A model generated the notes under the pieces. The model made no database searches. It had not been told where the DNA came from and worked only from the letters and a program-made list of their open reading frames with translations. Positions 1-9,776 of a stretch of DNA of 64,000 nucleotides are shown piece by piece. Origin of the DNA: a plasmid; the sequence record NZ_CP044080.1. One strand, 5' to 3'. The position numbers and the translations under genes are program-made. The stretch's first letter is position 1; every line of letters begins with the position of its first letter.

Positions 1-2
1 CC

Positions 3-173
3 GACTATCTGGCGCGCCCCGAGATCGCCGAGGGGCGGCTTGTCCCGATCCTGCGGCCCGGCGTCGCGGGACCCGGCGCCTATTGGCTGGCGTGGCCCGA
101 AGACCGGGCCGAGGGAAAACCTCTGCAGGCCTTCCGCGGCTGGCTGGGGCGCAGCATCGCTGCCGCGCCCTGA
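3..173 (+). CDS. LysR-family transcriptional regulator, C-terminal fragment running off the window start
   Basis: Frame 3 translation ...YWLAWPEDRAEGKPLQAFRGWLGRSIAAAP* looks like a LysR substrate-binding-domain C-terminus. The start is outside the window. Confidence 0.45.
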   Translation, partial: DYLARPEIAEGRLVPILRPGVAGPGAYWLAWPEDRAEGKPLQAFRGWLGRSIAAAP

Positions 174-177
174 GCCG

Positions 178-1560
178 TCAGTTCAGCCCCACGCCCCCGG
201 CCGAGGCCGCGCTGAGCGCGATGAAGTTCAGCGCCTGCTGGCGCACCGCGTCGGCCAGTTCCTGCCGCGCCGACAGCAGGGTGCGCTCGGCATCCAGCAC
301 CGGGAAGAAGCCGGCCTCGCCCAGTTCATAGGAGGTCTGGGTCAGGCTGACGGATTCGCTGGCATTGCTGACCAGCCGGCTTTGCGCATCGACGGCGCGG
401 GCATCGCGGTTATAGCCGGCCAGGGCGTTCTCGACCTCTTCCACCGCCTTCAGCACCGACGCCTGCCAGGCCAGCCGCGCCTGTTCGGCCCTTGCCTGGG
501 CCGCGGACAGCCGGGCCTGGTTGGCGCCGCCGGAAAACAGCGGCACCGAAAGCTGCGGGCCAAAGCCCCAGGTCTTGGCGCTGCCGCCGCCCGAGATGTT
601 GATGGGGGTGACAGTCCCCGACAGCGTCAGCTTGGGATAGAAGGCGGCGCGCGCCTCGCCCACGGCGGCGACGGCGGCGGCCAGGTTCGCCTCGGCCACG
701 CGGACGTCGGGGCGGGCGCGGACCACATCGGCCGGGACGCCGACGCTGGCGCGATAGCGGGCGCGGGGCTGACCCCCGCCGCGCCGCAGCTGGGCGGCGA
801 TGTCGGCGCTGCGCCCGGCGGTCAGCGTCGCCAGCCGGTTGATGGCCTGATCGCGCCCGACTTCCAGCGCAGGCAACGCGGCCTCGGCCTGGGTGACGAG
901 CTGTTCGGCCTGCAGCACCTCGATGCGCGACACGCTGCCCAGCACGTCCTGTTCGCGGGTCAGGGCCAGGGTGCGCCTGCGGCTTTCCAGGCTTTGCCGG
1001 GTCAGGGCCAGGGCCTCCTGGTAATAGCGCGCGTCGACATAGGCCGAGGCGATGGCGCTGGCAACCGTCAGCCGCGCCACTTCGGCCGAGGAATAGGCCG
1101 CGTCCAGCTGCGCCGCCGCCCCTTGCCGCGCCGCGCGGTTCTGGCCGAAGATGTCGATCAGCCAGGACACGCCCAGCGTGGCCGAGGTGGTGTCGGAAAC
1201 GATGCCGGTGCCTTCGCTGTCGCCCCGGTTCGCGGCGCCCGAAACGGTCGCCTGCGGCAGGTCGTTCGCACCGACCAGCCGGGCGTTGGCCTGCGCCTCG
1301 CGGATCACCGAGACGGCGGTCTGCACGTCCAGGTTCCGCTTCAGCCCGGCGGCGATCAGCCCGTCCAGCCGGCTGTCGCGGAAGGCCGCCCACCAGATGT
1401 TGCTGCCGGCGCGGCGGGCGGGGCTGTCGGCGGCGAAGCGTTCGGGCAGATCGGCCTTGGGCGCGGTCAGGCCGCCCCCGCCCGGCGCGCAGGCCGCCAG
1501 CGCAAGCGTCGAGGCCATGGCGCCCAGCATCATGCGGCGCGAAAGGGTATGTTGTCTCAT
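178..1560 (-). CDS. RND efflux outer membrane factor lipoprotein (NodT/OprM family)
   Basis: Within ORF 178..1791. The start is chosen at MRQHTLSRRMMLGAMASTLALAAC, which gives a lipoprotein signal with an LAAC lipobox. Outer-membrane-factor repeats follow (…LPALEVGRDQAINRLATLTAG…, …LDAERTLLSARQELADA…). Confidence 0.85.
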   Translation of the reverse strand: MRQHTLSRRMMLGAMASTLALAACAPGGGGLTAPKADLPERFAADSPARRAGSNIWWAAFRDSRLDGLIAAGLKRNLDVQTAVSVIREAQANARLVGANDLPQATVSGAANRGDSEGTGIVSDTTSATLGVSWLIDIFGQNRAARQGAAAQLDAAYSSAEVARLTVASAIASAYVDARYYQEALALTRQSLESRRRTLALTREQDVLGSVSRIEVLQAEQLVTQAEAALPALEVGRDQAINRLATLTAGRSADIAAQLRRGGGQPRARYRASVGVPADVVRARPDVRVAEANLAAAVAAVGEARAAFYPKLTLSGTVTPINISGGGSAKTWGFGPQLSVPLFSGGANQARLSAAQARAEQARLAWQASVLKAVEEVENALAGYNRDARAVDAQSRLVSNASESVSLTQTSYELGEAGFFPVLDAERTLLSARQELADAVRQQALNFIALSAASAGGVGLN

Positions 1561-1618
1561 GTCAGGTCTCGGATGGAGTGAGGGGGCGCGCAGGCCCGAA
1601 GGCCCGCGCGAAGGCCGG

Positions 1619-4600
1619 TCATTCGGCCGGCTGGGGACCCGCCGCGCGGCCGCGCGCCCGGCTGAACAGGCCCAGCACAAAGACGAAGAACACCGGCACG
1701 AAGAAGATCGCCAGAACGGTGGCCGCGACCATGCCGCCGATGACCCCGGTGCCGATGGCGTTCTGGCTGGCGGCCGAGGGACCGGTGGCAATGGCCAGCG
1801 GCACCACGCCCAGCGTGAAGGCCAGCGAAGTCATCAGGATCGGGCGGAAGCGCAGCTTCGCGGCCGTCACCGCCGCCTCGATCAGGCTTTGGCCCTGTTC
1901 GCGCAGGTCCTTGGCGAATTCGACGATCAGGATGGCGTTCTTGGCCGACAGCCCAATGATCGCGATCAGCCCCACCTTGAAGTAGATGTCGTTCGGCATG
2001 TCGCGCAGCAGGACGGCGACCACGCAGCCTAGGACGCCCAACGGCACCACCAGCATCACCGACAAGGGGATCGACCAGCTTTCGTAAAGCCCCGACAGCA
2101 GCAGGAAGACGAACAGGATGCTCATGGCATAAAGCAGCGTCGCCTGCGACCCGGCCTGGATCTCCTCGAGGGACTGGCCGGTCCATTCATAGCCGAAGCC
2201 CTGCGGCAGCTGCTCGGCCAGGCGCTCCATCTCGGCCATGGCGGCCCCGGAGCTGTAGCCCGGCGCGGCGTTGCCGGCGATGCGGATCGACGGATAGCCG
2301 TTATAGCCCACCACCTGCGACGGCCCCTGTTCCCAGGTCACGCTGGCAAAGGACGAAAAGGGCACCATGCCGCCGTTCGTGTTGCGCACGGTCAGGGCCA
2401 GGATGTCCTCGGTGCTCATGCGGGCATTGTCGTCGGCCTGGACCATGACGCGCTGCATCTTGCCGGCGTTGGGGAAGTCGTTGACATAGGCCGAGCCCAG
2501 GTACTGCGAGATCGTGGCCGAGATGTCGGCGAAGGTCACGCCGAAGGCATTGGCCTTTTCCCGGTCGATGGTGACGAAGACCTGCGCGGCCGAAGGCAGC
2601 CCCTCGATCCGCAGGCCGGTGACGATGCCGCCCTTCTGGGCCTCGGCCATGATCTGCCCTGCGGCGGCCAGCAGCGCCTCTTGCCCCTGCCCGCCGCGGT
2701 CCTGCAGGCGGAAGCTGAAGCCCCCCGTGGTGCCGAAGCCGGGGATCGGCGGCGGGGACAGCGCGAAGGCCTGCGCGTCCTGATAGCCGAAAAGCTGCAT
2801 GTTCGCCGCCATCGCGATGTCCTCGGCGCTGCGCTCGCGCTCGCCCCAGTCCTTGAAGGTGGTGAAGATCAGCCCCGCGTTCGGCCCCTGCCCCGAAAAG
2901 CTGAAGCCCCGGATCGAGACGGTGTTTTCCACCTCGGGCATGGCTGCATACATCTCGGTCGCGGCAGCCAGCACCTGGTCGGTGCGGTTCGAGCTGGCGG
3001 CAGGCGGCGTCTGCACGTCCGTGATGATGAAGCCCTGGTCCTCGTTCGGCAGGAAGCTGGTGGGCAGGCGCAGGAAGCCGAAGGCCGTGGCCCCGACCAG
3101 CACCAGATAGAACGCCATCATCACCAGCCGCCGCCGCGTCACCAACGACACGGACTGGCCATAGCGCGCGGTCAGGCGGTCGAAGTTGCGGTTGAACCAG
3201 CCAAAGAAGCCGCGCCGTTCGTGATGGCCCTTGATCGGCTTGAGGAAGGTCGCGCAGAGCGCCGGGGTCAGCGTCAGCGCCAGGAAGGCCGAGAACAGGA
3301 TCGCCGTGACCATGGTCAGCGCGAACTGGCGATAGATGATCCCGGACGAGCCCGGGAAGAACGCCATCGGCACGAACACCGCCGCCAGCACCAGCGTGAT
3401 GCCGACGATGGCGCCGGAAATCTGTCCCATGGCCTTTTGCGTGGCTTCCTTGGGCGGCAGCCCTTCGGTCGCCATGATGCGCTCGACGTTCTCGATCACC
3501 ACGATGGCGTCATCGACCAGGATGCCGATGGCCAGCACCATGGCGAACATGGTCAGCACGTTGATCGAGAACCCCGCCACCAGCATGACGGCGACGGTGC
3601 CGGCCAGCGCGATGGGCACCACGATGGTCGGAATGATCGTATAGCGGAAGTTCTGCAGGAACAGGAACATCACCGCAAAGACCAGCACCATCGCCTCGAC
3701 CAGGGTGTGCAGCACCTTTTCAATCGAGGCCTCGACGAAGGGCGTGGTGTCGTAGGGGATCTGGTAGCTCACACCCTGCGGAAAGAACTGGGACAGTTCC
3801 TCCATCTTGGCATGCACCGCCTCGGAGGTGTTCAGCGCGTTGCCGGTGGTCGACAGCTGGATGCCCATCGCCGCCGCCGGCTTGCCGTTGATGCGCGAGC
3901 CGAAGCTGTAGGTTTCGGCCCCGATCTCGATGCGGGCCACGTCGCGCAGCAGGACGGCCGATCCGTCCGGGTTGGCGCGCAGCACGATCTTGCCGAACTC
4001 CTCGGGGTCGGAAAGCTGTCCCTTGATCAGCACGTTCGCGGTCAGTTGCTGGCCCACGGGGTTCGGGTCCGCGCCGACCTTGCCGGCGGACACCTGGGCG
4101 TTCTGCGCCCGCACCGCCGCCACCACATCGGCGCTGGACAGGTTCAGGCCGGTCATCTTGGCCGGGTCGATCCAGATGCGCAACGCCCGTTCGGGGGCAA
4201 AGACCTGCGCCCGGCCCACGCCCTCGATCCGGCGGATTTCGCCCGCGACGTTGCGGTTGATGTAATCCCCCAGCGCGATGTCGTTCAGCGACCCGTCGTC
4301 CGAGGTCAGCGCGACCATCATCAGAAAGCCCGAACCGGCCTCCTCGACCAGCACGCCCTGGTCCACCACGCTTTGCGGCAGCAGCGGTTCGACCCGCGCG
4401 ACGGCGTTCTGCACATCGACCTGGGCGCGCGCGACGTCGGTTCCGGGCTCGAAGGTCGCGGTGATCGACATGGCGCCGGAACTGTCCGAGACGGATTCGT
4501 AATAGGCGAGCCCCTCGACACCGTTCAGCTCATCCTCGATGGGCTGGGCGACGGACTGGTTGATCTCGCCCGGCGCGGCGCCGGTGTAGCTGGTCGAGAT

Positions 4601-4732
4601 GGTGATCTGCGGCCAGGCGACCTGCGGATACTGCGCCACCGGAATGCTGGGCAGCGAGATCAGCCCCGCAATGACGATGAAGATCGAGATCACCCAGGCC
4701 AGGACCGGGCGGGTGATGAAGAATTGTGCCAT
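1619..4732 (-). CDS. RND multidrug efflux permease, AcrB/MexB family (HAE1)
   Basis: 1037 aa. N-terminus MAQFFITRPVLAWVISIFIVIAGLISLPSIPVAQYPQVAWPQITIST is canonical AcrB. There are 12 predicted TM segments and two large periplasmic loops. It sits 3 bp downstream of the membrane fusion protein gene. Confidence 0.93.
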   Translation of the reverse strand: MAQFFITRPVLAWVISIFIVIAGLISLPSIPVAQYPQVAWPQITISTSYTGAAPGEINQSVAQPIEDELNGVEGLAYYESVSDSSGAMSITATFEPGTDVARAQVDVQNAVARVEPLLPQSVVDQGVLVEEAGSGFLMMVALTSDDGSLNDIALGDYINRNVAGEIRRIEGVGRAQVFAPERALRIWIDPAKMTGLNLSSADVVAAVRAQNAQVSAGKVGADPNPVGQQLTANVLIKGQLSDPEEFGKIVLRANPDGSAVLLRDVARIEIGAETYSFGSRINGKPAAAMGIQLSTTGNALNTSEAVHAKMEELSQFFPQGVSYQIPYDTTPFVEASIEKVLHTLVEAMVLVFAVMFLFLQNFRYTIIPTIVVPIALAGTVAVMLVAGFSINVLTMFAMVLAIGILVDDAIVVIENVERIMATEGLPPKEATQKAMGQISGAIVGITLVLAAVFVPMAFFPGSSGIIYRQFALTMVTAILFSAFLALTLTPALCATFLKPIKGHHERRGFFGWFNRNFDRLTARYGQSVSLVTRRRLVMMAFYLVLVGATAFGFLRLPTSFLPNEDQGFIITDVQTPPAASSNRTDQVLAAATEMYAAMPEVENTVSIRGFSFSGQGPNAGLIFTTFKDWGERERSAEDIAMAANMQLFGYQDAQAFALSPPPIPGFGTTGGFSFRLQDRGGQGQEALLAAAGQIMAEAQKGGIVTGLRIEGLPSAAQVFVTIDREKANAFGVTFADISATISQYLGSAYVNDFPNAGKMQRVMVQADDNARMSTEDILALTVRNTNGGMVPFSSFASVTWEQGPSQVVGYNGYPSIRIAGNAAPGYSSGAAMAEMERLAEQLPQGFGYEWTGQSLEEIQAGSQATLLYAMSILFVFLLLSGLYESWSIPLSVMLVVPLGVLGCVVAVLLRDMPNDIYFKVGLIAIIGLSAKNAILIVEFAKDLREQGQSLIEAAVTAAKLRFRPILMTSLAFTLGVVPLAIATGPSAASQNAIGTGVIGGMVAATVLAIFFVPVFFVFVLGLFSRARGRAAGPQPAE

Positions 4733-4735
4733 GTT

Positions 4736-5911
4736 TTAGCCCCGCGCTTCCTGCACCGCCGGGGCGGTCTCGGCCTCGGCCTTCTCGCCGGCCGCCTCGA
4801 CGGGCTGGGGCACCACCTTGGCGTCGGGGTAAAGCTTCTGCGCGCCGGCGACGACGACCTTGTCGCCCGGCTCGAGGCCGCTTTCGACCAGCCAGCGGTT
4901 GCCGGTGGTCTGGCCCAGCGTCACGTCGCGGCGCTCGACCGTGTCGGCATCCTTCAGCGCATAGACATAGGCCTGGCCCGACTGGTCGCGCTGCACCGCC
5001 ATTTGCGGGATGGTCAGGGCGTTTTCGCGCACCGCCTGTTCGACGCGGGCGCGAACGTAAAGCCCGGGCAGCAACACGTCGTCGGGGTTCGGGAATTCCG
5101 CCCGCAGCGTGATCTGCCCGGTCGTGCTGTCGACGCTGGCTTCCGAGAACAGCAGCCGGCCCGGATGGGGATATTCGCTGCCGTCGTCGAAGATCAACTG
5201 GACCCGCGCCTCGTTCTCGCTGGCCATCACCAGACGGCCGGCGTCGCGCGCCCGGCGCAGCGCGAACAGTTCCGAAGCCGATTGCGTCACGTCCACATAG
5301 ACCGGATCCAGTTGCTGGATGGTCGCCATCACGTCGGACTGGGCATTGACCAGCGCCCCCTCGGTCACCAGGGCGCGGCCGACCACGCCCGAGATCGGCG
5401 CGGTGACGTCGGTATAGCCCAGGTTCAACTCGGCCTCTTGCAGGGCGGCGCGGGCGATGGCCACGTCCGCCTCGGCCTGGGCCAGGGTGGTGGTGGCGTT
5501 TTCCAGATCGACGCCCGCGGTCACGCGGCGTTCGCGCAGCGCTTCGGCCCGGGCCATCTGGTCCCTGGCGTTGTCGCGCGTGGCCTCGGCCCGGGCGAGC
5601 GTGGCCTGGGCGCTGGTGACGCGGACCGCAAAGGGCGCCGGGTCGATCTTGTAAAGAACCGCGCCTTCCTCGATGCGGCTGCCCTGTTCGAAGACGCGGC
5701 TGACCACGATGCCGCCCACGCGCGGACGCACCTCGGCGGTGCGGGTGGCGGCGACCCGGCCCGGCAGTTCGTTCACGATGGGCAGCGCCTCGGGGGTCAT
5801 GGTCTGGACGCTGACCACGGGCGGGGGAAGCTCTTGCGCCAGGGCCGGGGGCGCCAGCAGGAAAAGGGCGGCCAGCCAGGCGATGCGGCCTGGAAATCTA
5901 TCGGAATGCAT
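4736..5911 (-). CDS. RND efflux membrane fusion protein (AcrA/MexA family)
   Basis: 391 aa with a signal peptide. Biotinyl/lipoyl-like and beta-barrel MFP motifs are present (VSVQTMTPEALPIVNELPGRVAATRTAEVRPRVGGIV). Immediately upstream of the AcrB-type gene. Confidence 0.88.
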   Translation of the reverse strand: MHSDRFPGRIAWLAALFLLAPPALAQELPPPVVSVQTMTPEALPIVNELPGRVAATRTAEVRPRVGGIVVSRVFEQGSRIEEGAVLYKIDPAPFAVRVTSAQATLARAEATRDNARDQMARAEALRERRVTAGVDLENATTTLAQAEADVAIARAALQEAELNLGYTDVTAPISGVVGRALVTEGALVNAQSDVMATIQQLDPVYVDVTQSASELFALRRARDAGRLVMASENEARVQLIFDDGSEYPHPGRLLFSEASVDSTTGQITLRAEFPNPDDVLLPGLYVRARVEQAVRENALTIPQMAVQRDQSGQAYVYALKDADTVERRDVTLGQTTGNRWLVESGLEPGDKVVVAGAQKLYPDAKVVPQPVEAAGEKAEAETAPAVQEARG

Positions 5912-5921
5912 GGTCTGTCTT

Positions 5922-6506
5922 TCAGTCTGAGGAGGGCTTTTCGGTCAGGTCGGCGCCGGGATCGCGTTCCGCGAGCGCCATCAGGTCATCCAGGATTTCG
6001 TTGCGGGTCACCTCGTCGAAGCGGTGAAAGCCGAAACATTCGACGAACATCATGCCGTGCAGCGTCAGCAGGACGCGCAGCATCTGGCGCGGCTCGGCGG
6101 CCTCGGCGGCGATGCGCCTGGCGTCGGCGGACAGGGCCTGCTGCATGATCTCGCGGCATTCGGCATTCTCGCCCATGCTGGCGCTGATCAGCATCGTGAT
6201 GGCGATGTCGTCGTCGGTGGGCGCGGTGCGGAATTCGTCGATCAGAGCCCGCAGGAAGGCGTTGGATTGGCCCTGGCGGCGGTTCAGCGCGTCCTCGACC
6301 CGGTCGTGGAACTGCGCGATCTGCGAGCGCGTGAATTCGGCCAGCAGGCCGGCCTTGCCCTGGCAGTCATAAACCACGCTGGACTTGCTGACGCCCGCCT
6401 CCTTGGCGACGGCGTCGATGGACAGGCCGCTGACGCCGGCAAGGCGGGCGACCGCGTCGACGGCCCGCATCAGTTCGTCGCGATCGATGCTGCGCTTGCG
6501 TCCCAC
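5922..6506 (-). CDS. TetR/AcrR-family transcriptional repressor
   Basis: The N-terminal HTH (LSIDAVAKEAGVSKSSVVYDCQGKAGLL) is a TetR signature. It is the first gene of the efflux operon and on the same strand. Confidence 0.8.
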   Translation of the reverse strand: MGRKRSIDRDELMRAVDAVARLAGVSGLSIDAVAKEAGVSKSSVVYDCQGKAGLLAEFTRSQIAQFHDRVEDALNRRQGQSNAFLRALIDEFRTAPTDDDIAITMLISASMGENAECREIMQQALSADARRIAAEAAEPRQMLRVLLTLHGMMFVECFGFHRFDEVTRNEILDDLMALAERDPGADLTEKPSSD

Positions 6507-6595
6507 GGTCTGCCTCGATTATTTCCGTACGATCGTTCGTAAATAAATCGCTGCGGCGCGTCAACCCGCCCCGGCGACTTGCCCAGGCCCCCGCG
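6507..6595. promoter_or_regulatory. Divergent promoter/operator region between the TetR-efflux operon and the GntR gene, with a short palindrome
   Basis: ccgtACGATCGTtcg holds a perfect 8-bp palindrome within an AT-richer spacer. It is a plausible TetR operator, but this is not confirmed. Confidence 0.3.
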
Positions 6596-7327
6596 ATGCG
6601 TCACAGTTCCCTCGCAAGGGGTCAGGGGGAAGGCGTGCAGGACTGGCTGGACGAAAAGCTGCCGATCAGCCGCAAGAACGCGGCCGAGGTCGTGTTCGAG
6701 GACCTGCGCCGTGCCATCCTGTCGGGCCGCATTCCCGTGGGCAGCCGCCTGCCGTCCGAGGAAAAGCTCGGCCGCAGCTACGGCGTCAGCCGCCCCATCA
6801 TCCGCGAGGCGATGCGGTCGCTGCAGACGCTGGGCCTGACCCGCGCGCGGTCGGGCAGCGGCAGCTTTGTCATCTCGGACCGGCAGCAGGCGGACCTGGC
6901 CTTCGGCGACGTGACCGCGCGCGACCTGATCGAGGCACGCCCCCATATCGAGATTCCCGCCGCCGGCCTTGCCGCGCTGCGCCGCACCCCGGAACAGCTT
7001 TCCCGCCTGCTTGCGCTGTGCGACCAGATGGAGCGGCAGGTCGCCAGCCTGACCTGGGTCGGGCTCGATTCCGAGTTCCACGGGCTGATCGCCCAGGCGG
7101 GGCAGAACGCCCTGTTCGCCCGGATCGTCGCCGAATCGCGCGATGCGCTGCAAAAGCAGTCCGAACTGGTGAACATGATGGCCGACCGCCGCATGGCCTC
7201 GAACGCCGAGCATCGCCTGATCGCCGCCGCCATCGCCGACGGGGACGAAGCCGCGGCCCAGGACGCGATGCAGCGCCACCTGGACCGCGTGGCCCGGGCG
7301 GTCGCGGGCATCACCGGCGGGGCCTGA
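6596..7327 (+). CDS. GntR-family transcriptional regulator (FadR/FCD subfamily)
   Basis: The N-terminal winged HTH (VVFEDLRRAILSGRIPVGSRLPSEEKLGRSYGVSRPIIREAMRSL) is followed by an all-helical FCD-like C-terminus. It is divergent from the TetR gene. Confidence 0.8.
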   Translation: MRHSSLARGQGEGVQDWLDEKLPISRKNAAEVVFEDLRRAILSGRIPVGSRLPSEEKLGRSYGVSRPIIREAMRSLQTLGLTRARSGSGSFVISDRQQADLAFGDVTARDLIEARPHIEIPAAGLAALRRTPEQLSRLLALCDQMERQVASLTWVGLDSEFHGLIAQAGQNALFARIVAESRDALQKQSELVNMMADRRMASNAEHRLIAAAIADGDEAAAQDAMQRHLDRVARAVAGITGGA

Positions 7328-7530
7328 GCCCTGAGGCCCCGGCCCGACCTCTCGGGCATGTGAGACGCGCCGGACTTTCAACTTCCGCCCATTCCCCGCA
7401 TTCTGCCAGGCTCTTAACCGATTATCCCCCGAGCGTTGGACGTCGGGTGAACGAATTTGTTAACTTGCGGCGGCCCGCCGTCCCCGGACATTAGGGCCCC
7501 TGACCACCACGCCCGATTCGAAGGAAACCC

Positions 7531-8943
7531 ATGCTAGAGCGCCTGAAGGCCATGTTCCGGTCGGACGATGTGATCTCGACCCTGTCGGTTTTCCCCGAGA
7601 TCGACGAGGAAAAGATCCAGCGCGAGCTGGCGCTTGAATCCCAGGGCCGCGACCGGGGGGCCCGCAACCAGCCCGAGCCTTCCGCGCAGGAGCCCGACCA
7701 TATCGAGACCGCGATCATCACCCGGATCGAGGCGCTGCGCCGCACCGGGCTGGAGAACTACGAACAGTATCGCCGCGTCTACAACGAACGCCTGGCCCGC
7801 GCGGGCGACGCCAAGAAAGAGGTCGAGATCGTCGCGGGCCGCGCGCGCAACGAATTCGGCGCCTCGGTCCAGGGATGGAAGACGACGATGACGCCGACCA
7901 TCGAGCGGCTGAACGAAACCTATACCTATCGCCGCCATTTCCGCGACCGGCACCGGCTGATCCGCCCCGCCCGCCAGTTCGAGGGCTGGGTCAAGTTCGC
8001 CGCGCTGGCGGTCATCTACATCGTCATCGAATCGGCGATGAACAGCTTCATGTTCTCGCGCGGGAACGAATCCGGGCTGCTGGGCGGGCTGCTGACCGCC
8101 TTCATCTTTTCGGCGCTGAACGTTCTGGTCAGCATCCTGATGGGCTATTTCGCGCGATATGTGAACCACACCAACCTGCTGAAAAAGCTGTTCGGCCTGC
8201 TGGTGATCCTGGCCTGGATCGGGTTCGCGGTCGCGCTGAACCTGATGATTGCCCATTTCCGCGACCTGATCGACGCCGGCGCGACATGGGAGGCCGCGTT
8301 GCGCCAGGCGGTCCCGAACCTGACCGCCGGCCCCGTGGCGCTGACCGGCATGGACAGCTGGATCCTGGTGGGGATCGGCGGCTTCATCTCGACCCTCGCC
8401 TTTCTCAAGGGCTGGACCGCCGAGGACCCGTTCCCCGGCTATTCCCAAGTCGAAGGCGAATTGGCCCGCGCCCGCCGCCGGCACGAGATCGACATGACCC
8501 GCGCGCTGGACGAGCTGACCGACCGCCGCGACGAAGCGATCGAGGAGCTGCGCGACGCCGATCGCCAGGTCCGCGACGGCATCACCGAGGCCATCGATGC
8601 GCTGTTCGGCCAAAGTGCCCTGAACGCGCATCTGGAAACCTTCCTGGAACAGTGTGACCTGAAGTTGGCGCATCTGCTGGCGGTCTATCGCGACGCGAAC
8701 CGCAATGCCCGGACCGAACCTGCGCCCCCCAGCTTTGCCCGCGTCCACCGCTTTGCCGCCTTCACCCCCGCCCGGATCGAGGACGGGCGCAAGACCAATG
8801 CCGAGGCCGAGGCCGCCAAGGTCACCGAGACCGTCGATGCCGCCATCGCCGACATCTTTGCGCAGTTCGAAAACGCCCGCCGCGAGTTTCGCCTGCCCGA
8901 AGAAATCCAGCGCGGCGACCACCTGGCGGCGGGGCGGGCCTGA
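7531..8943 (+). CDS. Hypothetical polytopic membrane protein with coiled coils (member 1 of a MotAB-like four-gene cluster)
   Basis: 470 aa. A strong RBS (AAGGAAA) lies 6 nt upstream. A ~150-aa cytoplasmic N-terminal coiled-coil region is followed by four hydrophobic helices (VKFAALAVIYIVIESAMNSFMF / GLLGGLLTAFIFSALNVLVSILMGYF / LFGLLVILAWIGFAVALNLMIAHF / WILVGIGGFISTLAFLKGW), then a ~190-aa charged coiled-coil C-terminal domain. No catalytic motif is recognisable. Confidence 0.7.
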   Translation: MLERLKAMFRSDDVISTLSVFPEIDEEKIQRELALESQGRDRGARNQPEPSAQEPDHIETAIITRIEALRRTGLENYEQYRRVYNERLARAGDAKKEVEIVAGRARNEFGASVQGWKTTMTPTIERLNETYTYRRHFRDRHRLIRPARQFEGWVKFAALAVIYIVIESAMNSFMFSRGNESGLLGGLLTAFIFSALNVLVSILMGYFARYVNHTNLLKKLFGLLVILAWIGFAVALNLMIAHFRDLIDAGATWEAALRQAVPNLTAGPVALTGMDSWILVGIGGFISTLAFLKGWTAEDPFPGYSQVEGELARARRRHEIDMTRALDELTDRRDEAIEELRDADRQVRDGITEAIDALFGQSALNAHLETFLEQCDLKLAHLLAVYRDANRNARTEPAPPSFARVHRFAAFTPARIEDGRKTNAEAEAAKVTETVDAAIADIFAQFENARREFRLPEEIQRGDHLAAGRA

Positions 8944-9776
8944 TGGCGGCGCGGTCCAGACGCCGCCGCCACAGCCGCGGCCGGGGCCATGGCGGCGGCC
9001 TCAAGACCGCGGGCATCGTGATCCTGGCCGTGCTGCTGTCGGCCGGCATGGGCGCCGCCGCCTGGTGGCACAGCCGCCAGCAGCGCGCCGCGGCCATCGA
9101 CCAGACCACGCTTTGCCCCACGGCCACCGGCCCCGTCGGCATGACGGCGATCCTGCTGGACCTGACCGACGCCCTGTCGCCCGCGCAGAAATCCCAGCTT
9201 CTGGGCTATCTGGAACAAGAGATCGACGATGCGCCGCAGGGAACCCAGTTTACCCTGGGGGTGGTCAGCGCCGACCCGGACCAATGGGGCGCGACGCCGC
9301 CGCTCTGCAAGCCGCAGGACGTCAGCACCGCCAGCGCCCTGACCCAGAACCCGGGCCTGATCGCAAAGCGCTATCGCGACCGCTTCCTGCAGCCCCTGCA
9401 GGACAACATCGCCCGGATGACGGCGGCCAGCGGCGCCAAGCAGTCCCCCATCATGGAATCCCTGCAGGCGCTGATCGCGGACACGCCGGGCTTTGTCACC
9501 TATGACGGGCCGCGCCGGGTCCTGCTGGTGTCGGACCTGCTGCAACACAGCGACGCGCTCAGCTTCTATCGCGGGAACGACTGGCAAAGCTTCGTGAAAT
9601 CCCCCGCCTATCAGCGGCTGGGGGCGACGCTCGGCGATGCCGAGATCCGCATCTTCCAAGTGCCGCGCCCGCTGGAGGGCGTCGACGACCCCGCCGTGCT
9701 GGAGGATTTCTGGGCGCGCTATTTCGACGTCCAGGGCGCGCATCTGCCGGTGCTGAAACGCCTGGGGGACCTTTAG
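8943..9776 (+). CDS. Hypothetical single-pass membrane/periplasmic protein (member 2 of the cluster)
   Basis: 277 aa. The start overlaps the upstream stop (ATGA). A basic N-terminus is followed by one TM helix (TAGIVILAVLLSAGMGAAAWW) and a ~230-aa domain with alternating beta/alpha character (TAILLDLTDALSP…FTLGVVSAD…VLLVSDLL), possibly vWA-like. No match to a known family was recognised by eye. Confidence 0.6.
   Translation: MAARSRRRRHSRGRGHGGGLKTAGIVILAVLLSAGMGAAAWWHSRQQRAAAIDQTTLCPTATGPVGMTAILLDLTDALSPAQKSQLLGYLEQEIDDAPQGTQFTLGVVSADPDQWGATPPLCKPQDVSTASALTQNPGLIAKRYRDRFLQPLQDNIARMTAASGAKQSPIMESLQALIADTPGFVTYDGPRRVLLVSDLLQHSDALSFYRGNDWQSFVKSPAYQRLGATLGDAEIRIFQVPRPLEGVDDPAVLEDFWARYFDVQGAHLPVLKRLGDL

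Noticed and set aside
40-1581. 513-aa plus-strand ORF overlapping the outer-membrane-factor gene
   Set aside because: The translation is Arg/Gly/Ala/Pro-rich and low-complexity, as expected for antisense frames of high-GC coding DNA. The minus-strand frame gives a coherent NodT/OprM protein with a lipoprotein signal.
2681-6148. 1155-aa plus-strand ORF spanning the acrB-like and acrA-like genes
   Set aside because: It is antisense to two unambiguous RND efflux genes. Its composition (R/G/D/H-rich) is non-protein-like and it has no domain.
7534-8922. 462-aa minus-strand ORF exactly antisense to gene 1 of the MotAB-like cluster
   Set aside because: The plus-strand product has an RBS, four clean hydrophobic TM helices and heptad-like coiled coils. 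It is in operon register with the three downstream genes. The minus-strand product is a Gly/Asp/Arg/Gln low-complexity antisense artefact.
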